A stretch of DNA of 64,000 nucleotides from the human T2T-CHM13v2.0 reference genome, Homo sapiens: NCBI RefSeq assembly GCF_009914755.1, contig NC_060933.1; one strand, written 5' to 3'. The position numbers and the translations under genes were made by a program. Positions within the stretch are counted from its first letter, which is position 1. Each line of letters begins with the position of its first letter. The notes beneath the pieces were generated by a model that ran no database searches, was not told the DNA's origin, and saw nothing but the letters and a program-made list of their open reading frames with translations. Below are positions 42,996-57,050 of the stretch, in pieces.

Positions 42996-45900
42996 TGATT
43001 CCATTCCATTGCATTCCATTCCATTCCATTCCCCTGTACTCGGGTTGATTCCATTCCATTCCATTCCAATCCATGCCATTCCACTCGTGTTGATTCCATT
43101 CTTTCCATTCCATTCAAGTTGAAACCATTCCATTGCATTCCATTCCTTTCCATTCCCCTGCAGTCGGGTTGTTTCCATTCCATTTCTTTCCATTCTATTC
43201 GATTCCATTCCATTCCAATTCTTCCATTCCATTCTATTCCGTACCATGACATTCCATTCCATACAATTCCATTCCATTCCATTCCACTCCGTTCCGTTCC
43301 GTTCCGTTCCGTTCCATTCCTTTCCATTCCATTCTATTCGGGTTAATTCCATTCCATTCCATTCGATTGCAATCGAGTTGATTCCATTCCATTCCATTCC
43401 ATTCCATTCCATTCCATTCCATTCCATTTCTTTCCATTCCATTACGGATGATTCCGTTCCATTCCATTCCATTCCATTCCATTCCCCTGTACTCGGGTTG
43501 ACTCCATTCCATTCCATTCCAATCCATGCCATTCCACTCGTGTTGATTCCATTCTTTCCGTTCCATTCAAGTTGAATCCATTCCATTGCCTTCCATTCCA
43601 TTCCATTCCCCTGCAGTCGGGTTGATTCCATTCCATTCCATTCCATTGCATTCCATTCCATTCCATTCCGTTCCGTTCCATTCCATTCCATTCCATTCTA
43701 TTCGGGTTAATTCCATTCCATTCCATTCCATTCCATTCCATTCCAATCGAGTTGATTCCATTCCATTCCATTCCATTCCATTCCATTCCACTCCATTCCA
43801 GTCCTTTCCATTCCATTCCACTCGGGTTCATTCCAATGTATTCCTTTCCAGTCCATTCCATTCCATTGCAATCGAGTTGATTCCATTGCTTTGCATTCCA
43901 TTCCATTCCATTCCATTCCGAATGATTCCATTCCATTGCATTCCATTCCATTCCATTCTGCTGCACTCGGGTTGATTCCATTCCATTCCACTCCATTCCG
44001 TTCCATTCCATTCCATTGCATTGTATTCGGGTTAATTCCATTCCATTCCGTTACATTCCATTCCATTCCATTACAATCGAGTTGATTCCATTCCATTCCA
44101 TTCCATTCCAGTCCTTTCCCTTCCATTCCACTCTGGTTGATTCCATTCCTTTCCATTCCACTCGAATACATTCCCTCCTATTCCACTCGGAAGGATTCCA
44201 TTCCATTCCATTCCATTCCATTCCATTCCATTCCATTCCATTCCATTCCATTTCGTTCCATTCCATTCTATTCCGTATCATTCCATTCCATTCCATTCCC
44301 TTCCATTCTATTCCATTCCATTCCATTCCATTGTACTCGGGTTGATTCAATTCCATTGCATTCCATTCCATTCCATTCCATTCCATTCCGTTGCATTCCA
44401 TTCCATTACATTCGGATTGATTCTATTCAACTCCCTTACTCTGCATTACATTCCATTCCATTAGGGTTGTTCCATTCCATTCCATTCCATTCGACTCCAT
44501 TCCATTGCACTCGGGTTGATTCCATTCCATTCCATTCCATTCCATTATATTGCGGATGATTCCATTCCATTGCATTCCGTTCCATTACATTCCCCTGCAC
44601 TCGCGTTGATTCCATTCCATTCCATTCCATTCCATTCCATTCCATTACAATTCGTTCCATTCCATTCTATTCCGTACCATTCCATTCCATTCAATACCAT
44701 TCCATTCCATTCCGTTCCATTCCATTCCATTACATTCGGATTGATTCTATTCAACTCCCTTACTCTCCATTACATTCCATTCCATTCGGGTTGTTCCATT
44801 CCATTCCATTCCATTCCACTCCATTCCATTGCACTCGGGTTGATTCCATTCCATTCCATTCCATTCCATTCCATTCCATTCCGGAAGATTCCATTCCATT
44901 GCATTCCATTCCATTCCATTCCCCTGCACTCGTGTTGATTCCATTCCATTCCATTCCATTCCATTCCATTCCGTTCCGTTCCATTCCATTCCATTCCATT
45001 CCATTCCATTCCGTTCCGCTCCATTCCATTCCATTCCATTCTATTCGAGTTAATTCCATTCAATTCCATTCGATTGCAATCGAGTTGATTCCATTCCATT
45101 CCATTCCATTCCATTCCATTCCATTCCATTCCTTTCTTTCCATTACGGATGATTCCATTCCATTGCATTCCATTCCATTCCATTCCCCTGTACTCGGGTT
45201 GATTCCATTCCATTCCATTCCAATCCATGCCATTCCACTCGTGTTGATTCCATTCTTTCCATTCCATTCAAGTTGAATCCATTCCATTGCATTCCATTCC
45301 ATTCGATTCCATTCGATTGCACTCGGGTTGATTCCATTCCATTGCATTCCATTCCATTCCATTCCATTCCATTCCATTCCATTCCGTTCCATTCCATTCC
45401 ATTACATTCGGATTGATTCTATTCAATTCCCTTTCACTCCATTACATTCCATTCCATTCGGGTAGTTTCCATTCCATTCCATTCCTTTCCTCTCCTTTCC
45501 ATTGCACTCGGGTTGATTCCATTCCATTGCATTCCATTCCATTCCATTCAATTCCATTCCGTTCTATTCCATTCCATTACTTTCGGATTGATTCTATTCA
45601 ACTCCCTTACTCTCCATTACATTCCATTCCATTCGGGTTGTTCCATTCCATTCCATTCCATTCCAGTCCATTCCATTGCACTCGGGTTGATTCCATTCCA
45701 TTCCATTCCATTCCATTCCATTCCATTTCATTCCATTCCGGAAGATTCCATTAGATTGCATTCCATTCCATTCCATTCCCGTGCACTCGCGTTTATTCCA
45801 TTCCATTCAATTCTAATCCATTCCATTCCCTTCCTTTCCATTCCATTCCATTCCATTCCATTCCATTCTATTCCGTTCCGTTCCATTCCATTCCATTCCA

Positions 45901-48900
45901 TTCTATTCGGTTAATTCCATTCCATTCCATTCGTTTGCAATCGAGTTGATTCCATTCCATTCCATTCCATTCCATTCCATTCCATTCCATTCCTTTCCAT
46001 TCCATTACGGATGATTCCATTCCATTGCATTCCATTCCATTCCTTTCCCCTCCACTCGGGATGATTCCATTCCATTCCACTCCATTCCGTTCCATGTCAT
46101 TCCATTCCATTGTATTCGGGTTAATTCCATTCCATTCCATTCCATTCCATTACAATCGAGTTGATTCCATTGCATTCCATTCCATTCCAGTCCTTTCCAT
46201 TCCATTCCAGTCGGGTTGATTCCATTCTATTAGTTTCCATTCCATTCCATTCCCTTCCATTCCACTCTGGTTGATTCCATTCCTTTCCATTCCACTCGAA
46301 AACATTCCCTCCTATTCCACTCGGAACGATTCCATTCCATTCCATTCCATTCCATTCCATTCCATTCCATTCCATTTCGTTCCATTCCATTCTATTCCGT
46401 ATCATTACATTCCATTCCATTCCATTCCATTAAATTCCATTCCATTCCATTCCATTCCATTGTACTCGGGTTGATTCCATTCCATTGCATTCCATTCCAT
46501 TCCATTCCATTCCATTCCATTCCGTTGCATTCCATTACATTCGGATTGATTCTTTTCAACTCCCTTACTCTCCATTACATTCCATTCCATTCGGGTTGTT
46601 CCATTCCATTCCATTCCATTCCACTCCATTCCATTGCACTCGGGTTGATTCCATTCCATTCCATTCCATTCCATTCCGGATGATTCCATTCCATTGCATT
46701 CCGTTCTATTACATTCCCCTGCACTCGGGTTGATTCCATTCCATTCCTTTCCATTCCATTCGATTCCATTCCATTCCCCTGCACTCGCGTTGATTCCATT
46801 CCATTCCATTCCATTCCATTCCATTCCTTTCCGTTCAATTCCATTCCATTCCATTCCATTCCATTCCGTTCCATTCCATTCCATTCCATTCTATTCGGGT
46901 TAATTCCATTACATTCCATTCGATTGCAATCGAGTTGATTCCATTCCATTCCATTCCATTCCATTCCATTCCAGTCCTTTCCATTCCTTTCCATTCCATT
47001 ACTGATGATTCCATTCCATTGCATTCCATTCCATTCCATTCCCCTGTACTCGGGTTGATTCCATTCCATTCCATTCCAATCCATGCCATTCCACTCGTGT
47101 TGATTCCATTCTTTCCTTTCCACTCAAGTTGAATCCATTCCATTGCATTCCATTCCATTCGATTCCATTCGATTGCACTCGGGTTGATTCCATTCCATTC
47201 CATTACATTCCATTCCGTTCCATTCCATTCCGTTCCATTCCATTTCATTACATTCAGATTGATTCTATTCACTTCCCTTACACTCCATTATATTCCAATC
47301 CATTCTGGTTGTTTCCATTCCATTCCATTCCATTTCACTCCATTCCATTGCACTCGGGTTGATTCCATTCCATTCCATTCCACTGCATTCCATTCCATTC
47401 CATTCCGGATGATTCCATTCCATTGCATTCCATTCCATTCCATTCCCCTGCACTCGGGTTGATTCCATTCCATTCCATTCCATTCCATTCCGTTCCATTC
47501 CATTCCATTCCATTCGCATTGATTCTATTCAATTCCCTTACACTCCATTACATTCCATTCCATTCGGGTAGTTTCCATTCCATTCCATTCCATTCCTCTC
47601 CATTCCATTGCACTCGGGTTGATTCCTTTCCATTCCATTCCATTCCATTCCATTACATTACATTACATTACATTCCGTTCCATTGTACTCGGGTTGATTC
47701 CATTCCATATCATTCCATTCCATTCCATTCCATTCCATTCCATTCCGTTCCATTCCATTACATTCGAATTGATTCTATTCAACTCCCTTACTCTCCATTA
47801 CATTCCATTCCATTCGGGTTGTTCCATTCTATTCCATTCCATTCCACTCCATTCCATTGCACTCGTGTTGATTCCATTCCATTCCATTCCATTCCATTCC
47901 ATTCCATTCCATTCCGGATGATTCCATTCCATTGCATTCCGTTCCATTACATTCCCTTGCACTCGGGTTGATTCCATTCCATTCCATTCCATTCCATTCC
48001 GTTCCGTTCCATTCCATTCTATTCCATTACGTTCCGTTCCATTCCATTCCATTCCATTCTATTCGGGTTAATTCCATTCCATTCCATTCGATTGCAATCG
48101 AGTTGATTCCATTCCATTCCATTCCATTCCATTCCATTCCATTCCGGAAGATTCCATTCCATTGCATTCCATTCCATTCCATTCCCCTGCACTCGCGTTG
48201 ATTCCATTCCATTCCATTCCATTCCATTCCATTCCATTACGTTCCGTTCCATTCCATTCTATTCCATTCCATTCCATTCCGTTCCGTTCCATTCCATTCC
48301 ATTCCATTCTATTCGGGTTAATTCCAATCCATTCCATTCGATTGCAATCGAGTTGATTCCATTCCATTCCATTCCATTCCATTCCATTCCATTCCTTTCC
48401 ATTCCATTACGGATGATTCCATTCCATTGCATTCCATTCCATTCCATTCCCCTGTACTCGGGTTGATTCCATTCCATTCCATTCCAATCCATGTCATTCC
48501 ACTCGTGTTGATTCCATTCTTTCCATTCCATTCAAGTTGAATCCATTCCACTGCATTCCATTCCATTCGATTCCATTCGATTGCACTCGGGTTGATTCCT
48601 TTCCATTCCACTCCATTCCATTCCATTCCGTTCCATTCCATTCCATTACATTCGGATTGATTCTATTCAATTCCCTTACACTCCATTACATTCCATTCCA
48701 TTCGGGTAGTTTCCATTCCATTCCATTCCATTCCTCTCCTTTCCATTGCACTCGGGTTGATTCCAATCCATTGCATTCCATTCCATTCCATTCCATTCCA
48801 TTCCATTCAATTCCGTTCCATTCCATTACATTCGGATTGATTCTATTCAACTCCCTTACTCTCCATTACATTCCATTCCATTCGGGTTGTTCCATTCCAT

Positions 48901-51900
48901 TCCATTCCATTCCACTCCATTCCATTGCACTCGGGTTGATTCCATTCCATTCCATTCCATTCCATTCCATTCCATTCCATTCCGGAAGATTCGATTCCAT
49001 TGCATTCCATTCCATTCCATTCCCCTGCACTCGCGTTGATTCCATTCCATTCCATTCTATTCCATTCCATTCCCTTCCTTTCCGTTCCATTCCATTCCAT
49101 TCCATTCCATTCCTTTCAGTTCCATTCCATTCCATTCCATTCTATTCGGTTAATTCCATTCCATTCCATTCGATTGCAATCGAGTTGATTCCATTCCATT
49201 CCATTCCATTCCTTTCCATTCCATTCCTTTCCATTCCATTACGGATGATTCCATTCCATTGCATTCCATTCCATTCCATTCCCCTGTACTCGGGTTGATT
49301 CCATTCCATTCCATTCCAATCCATGCCATTCCACTCGTGTTGATTCCATTCTTTCCATTCCATTCAAGTTGAATCCATTCCATTGCATTCCATTCCATTC
49401 GATTCCATTCGATTGCACTCGGGTTGATTCCATTCCATTGCATTCCATTCCATTCCATTCCATTCCATTCCATTCCGTTCCATTCCATTTCATTACATTC
49501 AGATTTATTCTATTCAATTCCCTTACACTCCATTATATTCCAATCCATTCTGGTTGTTTCCATTCCATTCCATTCCATTCCATTTCACTCCATTCCATTG
49601 CACTCGGGTTGATTCCATTCCATTCCATTCCATTGCATTCCATTCCATTCCATTCCGGATGATTCCATTCCATTGCATTCCATTCCATTCCATTCCCCTG
49701 CACTCGGGTTGATTCCATTCCATTACGTTCCATTACATTCCGTTCCATTCCATTCCATTCCATTCGGATTGATTCTATTCAATTCCCTTACACTCCATTA
49801 CATTCCATTCCATTCGGGTAGTTTCCATTCCATTCCATTCAATTCCTCTCCATTCCATTGCACTCGGGTTGATTCCATTCCATTCCATTCCATTCCATTC
49901 CATTCCATTCCATTCCATTACATTACCTTCCATTCCATTCCGTTCCATTGTACTCGGGTTGATTCCATTCCATTGCATTCCATTCCATTCCATTCCATTC
50001 CATTCCATTCCATTCCATTCCATTCCATTACATTCGGATTGATTCTATTCAACTCCCTTACTCTCCATTACATTCCATTCCATTCTGGTTGTTCCATTCC
50101 ATTCCATTCCATTCCACTCCATTCCATTGCACTCGGGTTGATTCCATTCCATTCCATTCCATTCCATTCCATTCCATTCCATTCCATTCCGGATGATTCC
50201 ATTCCATTGCATTCCGTTCAATTGCATTCCCCTGCACTCGGGTTGATTCCATTCCTTTCCATTCCATTCCATTCGATTCCATTCCATTCCAATACTTTCC
50301 ATTCCATTGTATTCCGTACCATGCCATTCCATTCCATACAATTCCATTCCTTTACATTCCACTCCGTTCCGTTCCGTTCCATTCCATTCCATTCCATTCT
50401 ATTCGGTTTAATTCCATTCCATTCCATTGCATTCCATTCTATTCCATTGCATTGCAATCGAGTTGAATCCATTGAATTCCATTCCATTCCGGAAGATTCC
50501 ATTCCATTGCATTCCATTCCATTCCATTCCATTCCATTCCATTCCATTCCATTCCATTCCATTGTACTCGGGTTGATTCCATTCCATTGCTTTCCATTCC
50601 ATTCCATTCCATTCCATTCCATTCCATTCCATTCCGTTCCATTCCATTCCATTACATTCGGATTGATTCTTTTCAACTCCCTTACTCTCCATTACATTCC
50701 ATTCCATTCGGGTTGTTCCATTCCATTCCATTCCATTCCATTCCACTCCATTCCATTGCACTCGGGTTGATTCCATTCCATTGCATTCCATTCCATTCCG
50801 GATGATTCCATTCCATTGCATTCCGTTCCATTACATTCCCCTGCACTCGGGTTGATTCCATTCCATTCCATTCCATTGCATTCCATTCCATTCCATTCGA
50901 TTCCATTCCATTCCCCTGCATTCGCGTTGATTCCATTCCATTCCATTCCATTCCATTCCATTCCATTCCATTCCTTTCCATCCCAGTCCTTTCCATTCCA
51001 TTCCACTCGGGTTGATTCCATTCTATTAGTTTCCATTCCATTCCATTCCCTTCCATTCTACTCTGTTTGATTCCATTCCTTTCCATTCCACTCGAATACA
51101 TTCCCTGCTATTCCACTCGGAACGATTCCATTCCATTCCATTCCATTCCATTCCATTCCATTCCATTCCATTCCATTTCGTTCCATTCCATTCTATTCCG
51201 TATCATTCCATTCCATTCCATGTCATTCCATTCCATTCCATTCCATTCCATTCCACTCGTGTTGATTCCATTCCTTTCCATTCCATTCGGTTTGAAGGTA
51301 TTCCAATCCATTCCATTCCATTCCATTCCATTCCATTCCATTCCATTCCATTCCATTCCATTCCATTGTACTCGGGTTGATTCCATTCCATTGCATTCCA
51401 TTCCATTCCATTCCATTCCATTCCGTTCCATTCCATTACATTCGGATTGATTCTATTCAACTCCCTTACTCTCCATTACATTCCATTCCATTCGGGTTGT
51501 TCCATTCCATTCCATTCCGTTCCACTCCATTCCATTGCACTCGGGTTGATTCCATTCAATTCCATTCCATTTCATTCCATTCCATTCCATTCCATTTCAT
51601 TCCATTCCATTCCATTCCATTCCGGATGATTCCATTCCATTGCATTCCGTTCCATTACATTCCCCTGCACTCGGTTTGATTCCATTCCATTCCATTCCAT
51701 TCCATTCGATTCCATTCCATTCCAATTCTTTCCATTCCATTCTATTCCGTACCATGCCATTCCATTCCATACAATTCCATTCCATTCCATTCCACTCCGT
51801 TCCGTTCCATTCCGTTCCGTTCCGTTCCGTTCCATTCCATTCCATTCCATTCTATTCGGTTTAATTCCATTCCATTCCATTCCATTCCATTCTATTCCAT

Positions 51901-54549
51901 TCCATTGCAATCGAGTTGAATCCATTGTATTCCATTCCATTCCATTCCATTCCATTCCATTCCATTCCGGAAGATTCAATTCCATTGCATTAAATTCCAT
52001 TCCATTCCATTCCATTCCATTCCATTCCATTCCATTCCATTCCATTCCATTGTACTCGGGTTGATTCCATTCCATTGCATTCCATTCCATTCCATTCCAT
52101 TCCATTCCGTTCCATTCCATTCCATTTCATTCGGATTGATTCTTTTCAACTCCCTTACTCTCCATTACATTCCATTCCATTCGGGTTGTTCCATTCCATT
52201 CCATTCCATTCCACTCCATTGCATTGCACTCGGGTTGATTCCATTCCATTCCATTCCGGATGATTCCATTCCATTGCATTCCGTTCCATTACATTCTCCT
52301 GCACTCGGGTTGATTCCATTCCATTCCATTCCATTCCATTCAATTCCATTCCATTCCGTTCCGTTCCGTTCCATTCCATTCCATTCCATTCTATTCGGGT
52401 TAATTCCATTCCATTCCATTCCATTCGATTGCCATCGAGTTGATTCCATTCCATTCCATTGCATTCCATTCCATTCCATTCAATTCCATTCCTTTCCATT
52501 CCATTACGGATGATTCCATTCCATTGCATTCCATTCCATTCCATTCCCCTGTACTCGGGTTGATTCCATTCCATTTCATTCCAATCCATGCCATTCCACT
52601 CGTGTTGATTCCATTCTTTACATTCCATTCAAGTTGAATCCATTCCATTGCATTCCATTCCATTCCATTCCCCTGCAGTCGGGTTGACTCCATTCCATTC
52701 CATTCCATTCCAATCCGTTCCGTTCCGTTCCTTTCCATTCCATTCCTTTCTATTCGGGTTAATTCCATTCCATTCCATTCCATTCCATTCCATTCCATTC
52801 CAATCAAGTTGATTCCATTCCATTCCATTCCATTCCATTCCATTCCATTCCACTGCATTCCAGTCCTTTCCATTGCATTCCACTCGGGTTGATTCCAATG
52901 TATTCCTTTCCATTCCATTCCATTCCATTGCAATCGAGTTGATTCCATTGCTTTGCATTCCATTCCATTCCATTCCATTCCGGATGATTCCATTCCATTG
53001 CATTCCATTCCATTCCATTCCCCTGCATTCGGGTTGATTCCATTCCATTCTACTCCATTCCGTTCCATTCCATTCCATTCCATTGTATTCGGGTTAATTC
53101 CATTCCATTCCATTCCATTACAATCGAGTTGATTCCATTCCATTCCATTCCATTCCAGTCCTTTCCATTCCATTCCTCTCTGGTTGATTCCATTCTATTA
53201 GATTCCATTCCCTTCCATTCCACTCTGGTTGATTCCATTCCTTTCCATTCCACTCGAATACATTCCCTCCTATTCCACTCGGAACGATTCCATTCCATTC
53301 CATTCCATTCCATTCCATTCCATTCCATTCCATTCCATTCCATTTCGTTCCATTCCATTCTATTCCGTATCATTCCATTCCATTCCATTCCATTCCATTC
53401 CATTCCATTCCATTCCATTCCATTGTACTCGGGTTGATTCCATTCCATTGCATTGCATTCCATTCCATTCCTTTCCATTCGGATTGATTCTATTCAACTC
53501 CCTTACTCTCCATTACATTGCATTCCATTCGTGTTGTTCCATTCCATTCCATTCCATTCCACTCCATTCCATTGCACTCGGGTTGATTCCATTCCATTCA
53601 ATTCCATTCCATTCCATTCCGGATGATTCCATTCCATTGCATTCCTTTCCATTACATTCCCCTGCACTCGCGTTGATTCCATTCCATTCCATTCAATTCC
53701 ATTCCATTACAATTCGTTCCATTCCATTCTATTCCGTACCATTCCATTCCATTCCATACCATTCCATTCCATTCCATTCCATTCCATTCTTTTCCATTCC
53801 GTTCCATTCCATTCCATTCCATTCTATTCAGATTAATTCCATTCCATTCCATTCCATTCCATTCTATTCCATTCCATTGCAATCGAGTTGAATCCATTGC
53901 ATTTCATTCCATTCCATTCCATTCCTTTCCATTCCATTCCGGAAGATTCCATTCCATTGCATTCCATTCCATTCCATTCCCCTGCACTCGGGTTGATTCC
54001 CTTCCATTCCACTCCATTCCGTTCCATTCCATTCCATTCCATTGTATTCGGGTTAATTCCATTGCATTCCATTCCATTCCAGTCCTTTCCATTCCATTCC
54101 ACTTGGGTTGATTCCATTCTATTAGTTTCCATTCCATTCCATACCCTTCCATTCCACTCTGGTTGATTCCATTCCTTTCCATTCCACTCGAGTACATTCC
54201 CTCCTATTCCACTCGGAACGATTCCATTCCATTCCATTCCAATCCATTCCATTCCATTCCATTCCGTTTCGTTCCATTCCATTCTATTCCGTATCATTCC
54301 ATTCCATTCCATTCCATTCCATTCCATTCCATTCCGTTGTACTCGGGTTGAATCCATTCCATTGCATTCCATTCCATTTCATTCCATTCCGTTGCATTCC
54401 ATTCCATTACATTCGGATTGATTGTATTCAACTCCCTTACTCTCCATTACATTCCATTCCATTCGGGTTGTTCCATTCCATTCCATTCCATTCCACTCCA
54501 TTCCATTGCACTCGGGTTGATTCCATTCCATTCCATTCCATTCCATTCC

Positions 54550-54850
54550 ATTGCAATCGAGTTGATTCCATTCCATTCCTTTCCATTCCATTCCATTGCC
54601 TTGCATTCCAATCGTGTTGATTCCATTCCCTTCTTTCCACTCCATTACATTCCCTTCCATGATTGATTCCATTCCATTCCATTTCATTTCATTCCATTGC
54701 AATCCATTCCAATCCATTCCATTCCATTCCATTCCACTAGAGTTGACTTCATTCCATTCCTTTCCATTCCATTCCATTCCTTTCCACTCGAGTTGATTCC
54801 ATTCCATTCCAATCCATTGCATTCAATTCCATGCCATTCCACTCGGGTTC
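54550..54850 (+). repeat. Divergent ~300-bp island type 2, copy 1
   Basis: ttgccttgca (54596)...cccttctttccactcc...gattgattcc...ctttccactcgagttg; has a 12-bp deletion relative to copies 2 and 3. Confidence 0.75.
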
Positions 54851-56737
54851 ATTCCATTCATTTGCATTCCATTCCATTCCATTCCATTCCATTCCATTCC
54901 ATTCCGTTGCATTTCATTCCATTACATTCGGATTGATTCTATTCAACTCCCTTACTCTCCATTACATTCCATTCCATTCGGGTTGTTCCATTCCATTCCA
55001 TTCCATTCCATTGCACTCTGGTTGATTCCATTCCATTCCATTCCATTCCATTCCATTCCGGATGATTCCATTCCATTGCATTCCGTTCCATTACATTCCC
55101 CTGCACTCGCGTTGATTCCATTCCAGTCCATTCCATTCCATTCAATTCCATTCCATTACAATTCGTTCCATTCCATTCTATTCCGTACCATTGCATTCCA
55201 TTCCATACCATTCCATTCCATTCCATTCCATTCCATTCCATTCCATTCCATTCCATTCCATTCCATTCTATTCGGGTTAATTCCATTCCATTCCATTCGA
55301 TTGCAATCGTGTTGATTCCATTCCATTCCATTCCATTCCATTCCATTCCTTTCCATTCCATTACGGATGATTCCATTCCGTTGCATTCCATTCCATTCCA
55401 TTCCCCTGTACTCGGGTTGATTCCATTCCATTACATTCCAATCCATGCCCTTCCACTCGTGTTGATTCCATTCTTTCCATTCCATTCAAGTTGAATCTAT
55501 TCCATTGCATTCCATTCCATTCGATTCCATTCGATTGCACTCGGGTTGATTCCATTCCGTTGCATTCCATTCCATTCCAATCCATTCCATTCCATTCCAT
55601 TCCATTCCGTTCCATTAAATTCCATTACATTCGGATTGATTCTATTCAATTTCCTTACACTCCATTACATTCCATTCCATTCGGGTAGTTTCCATTCCAT
55701 TCCATTCCATTCCACTCCATTCCATTGCACTCGGGTTGATTCCATTCCATTGCATTCCATTCCATTCCATTCCATTCCATTCCATTCCATTCCGGAAGAT
55801 TCCATTCCATTGCATTCCATTCCATTCCATTCCCCTGCACTCGCGTTGATTCCATTCCATTCCATTCCATTCCATTCCATTCCATTCCATTCCATTCCTT
55901 TCCGTTCCATTCCATTCCATTCCATTCCATTCCATTGCGTTCCGTTCCGTTCCGTTCCATTCCATTCCATTCCATTCTATTCGGGTTAATTCCATTCCAT
56001 TCCATTCGATTGCAATCGAGTTGATTCCATTCCATTCCATTCCATTCCATTCCATTCCATTCCATTCCATTCCTTTCCATTCCATTACGGATGATTCCAT
56101 TCCATTGCATTCCATTCCATTCCATTCCCCTGTAATCGGGTTGACTCCATTCCATTCCATTCAAATCCATGCCATTCCATTCGTGTTGATTCCATTCTTT
56201 CCATTCCATTCAAGTTGAATCCATTCCATTGCATTCTATTCCATTCCATTCCCCTGCAGTCGGATTGATTCCATTCCATTCCATTCCATTCCATTCCATT
56301 CCGTTCCTTTCCGTTCCATTCCATTCCATTCCATTCTATTCGGGTTAATTCCATTCCATTCCATTCCATTCCATTCCATTCCATTCCATTCCATTCCATT
56401 ACAATCGAGTTGATTCCATTCCATTCCATTCCATTCCATTCCATTCCATTCCTTTCCATTCCATTACGGATGATTCCATTCCATTGCATTCCATTCCATT
56501 CCATTCCCCTGTACTCGGGTTGATTCCATTCCATTCCATTCCAATCCATGCCATTCCACTCGTGTTGATTCCATTCTTTCCATTCCATTCAAGATGAATC
56601 CATTCCATTGCATTCCATTCCATTCGATTCCATTCGATTGCACTCGGGTTGATTCCATTCCATTGCATTCCATTCCATTCCATTTCATTCCATTCCATTC
56701 CTTTCCATTCCATTCCATTCCATTCCATTCAATTCCA

Positions 56738-57050
56738 TTGCAATCGAGTTGATTCCATTCCATTCCTTTCCATTCCATTCCATTGCCTTGCATTCCACTC
56801 GGGTTGATTCCATTCCCTTCTTTCCACTCCATTACATTCCCTTCCATTCCACTCGGAATGATTGATTCCATTCCATTCCATTCCATTTCATTCCATTGCA
56901 ATCCATTCCAATCCTTTCCATTCCATTCCATTCCACTCGAGTTGATTTCATTCCATTCCATTCCATTCCATTCCATTCCTTTCCACTCGAGTTGATTCCA
57001 TTCCATGCCATTCCATTGCATTCCATTCCATGCCATTCCACTCGGGTTGA
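56738..57050 (+). repeat. Divergent ~300-bp island type 2, copy 2
   Basis: ttgccttgca (56783)...actcggaatgattg...two ccactcgagttg words. Confidence 0.75.
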
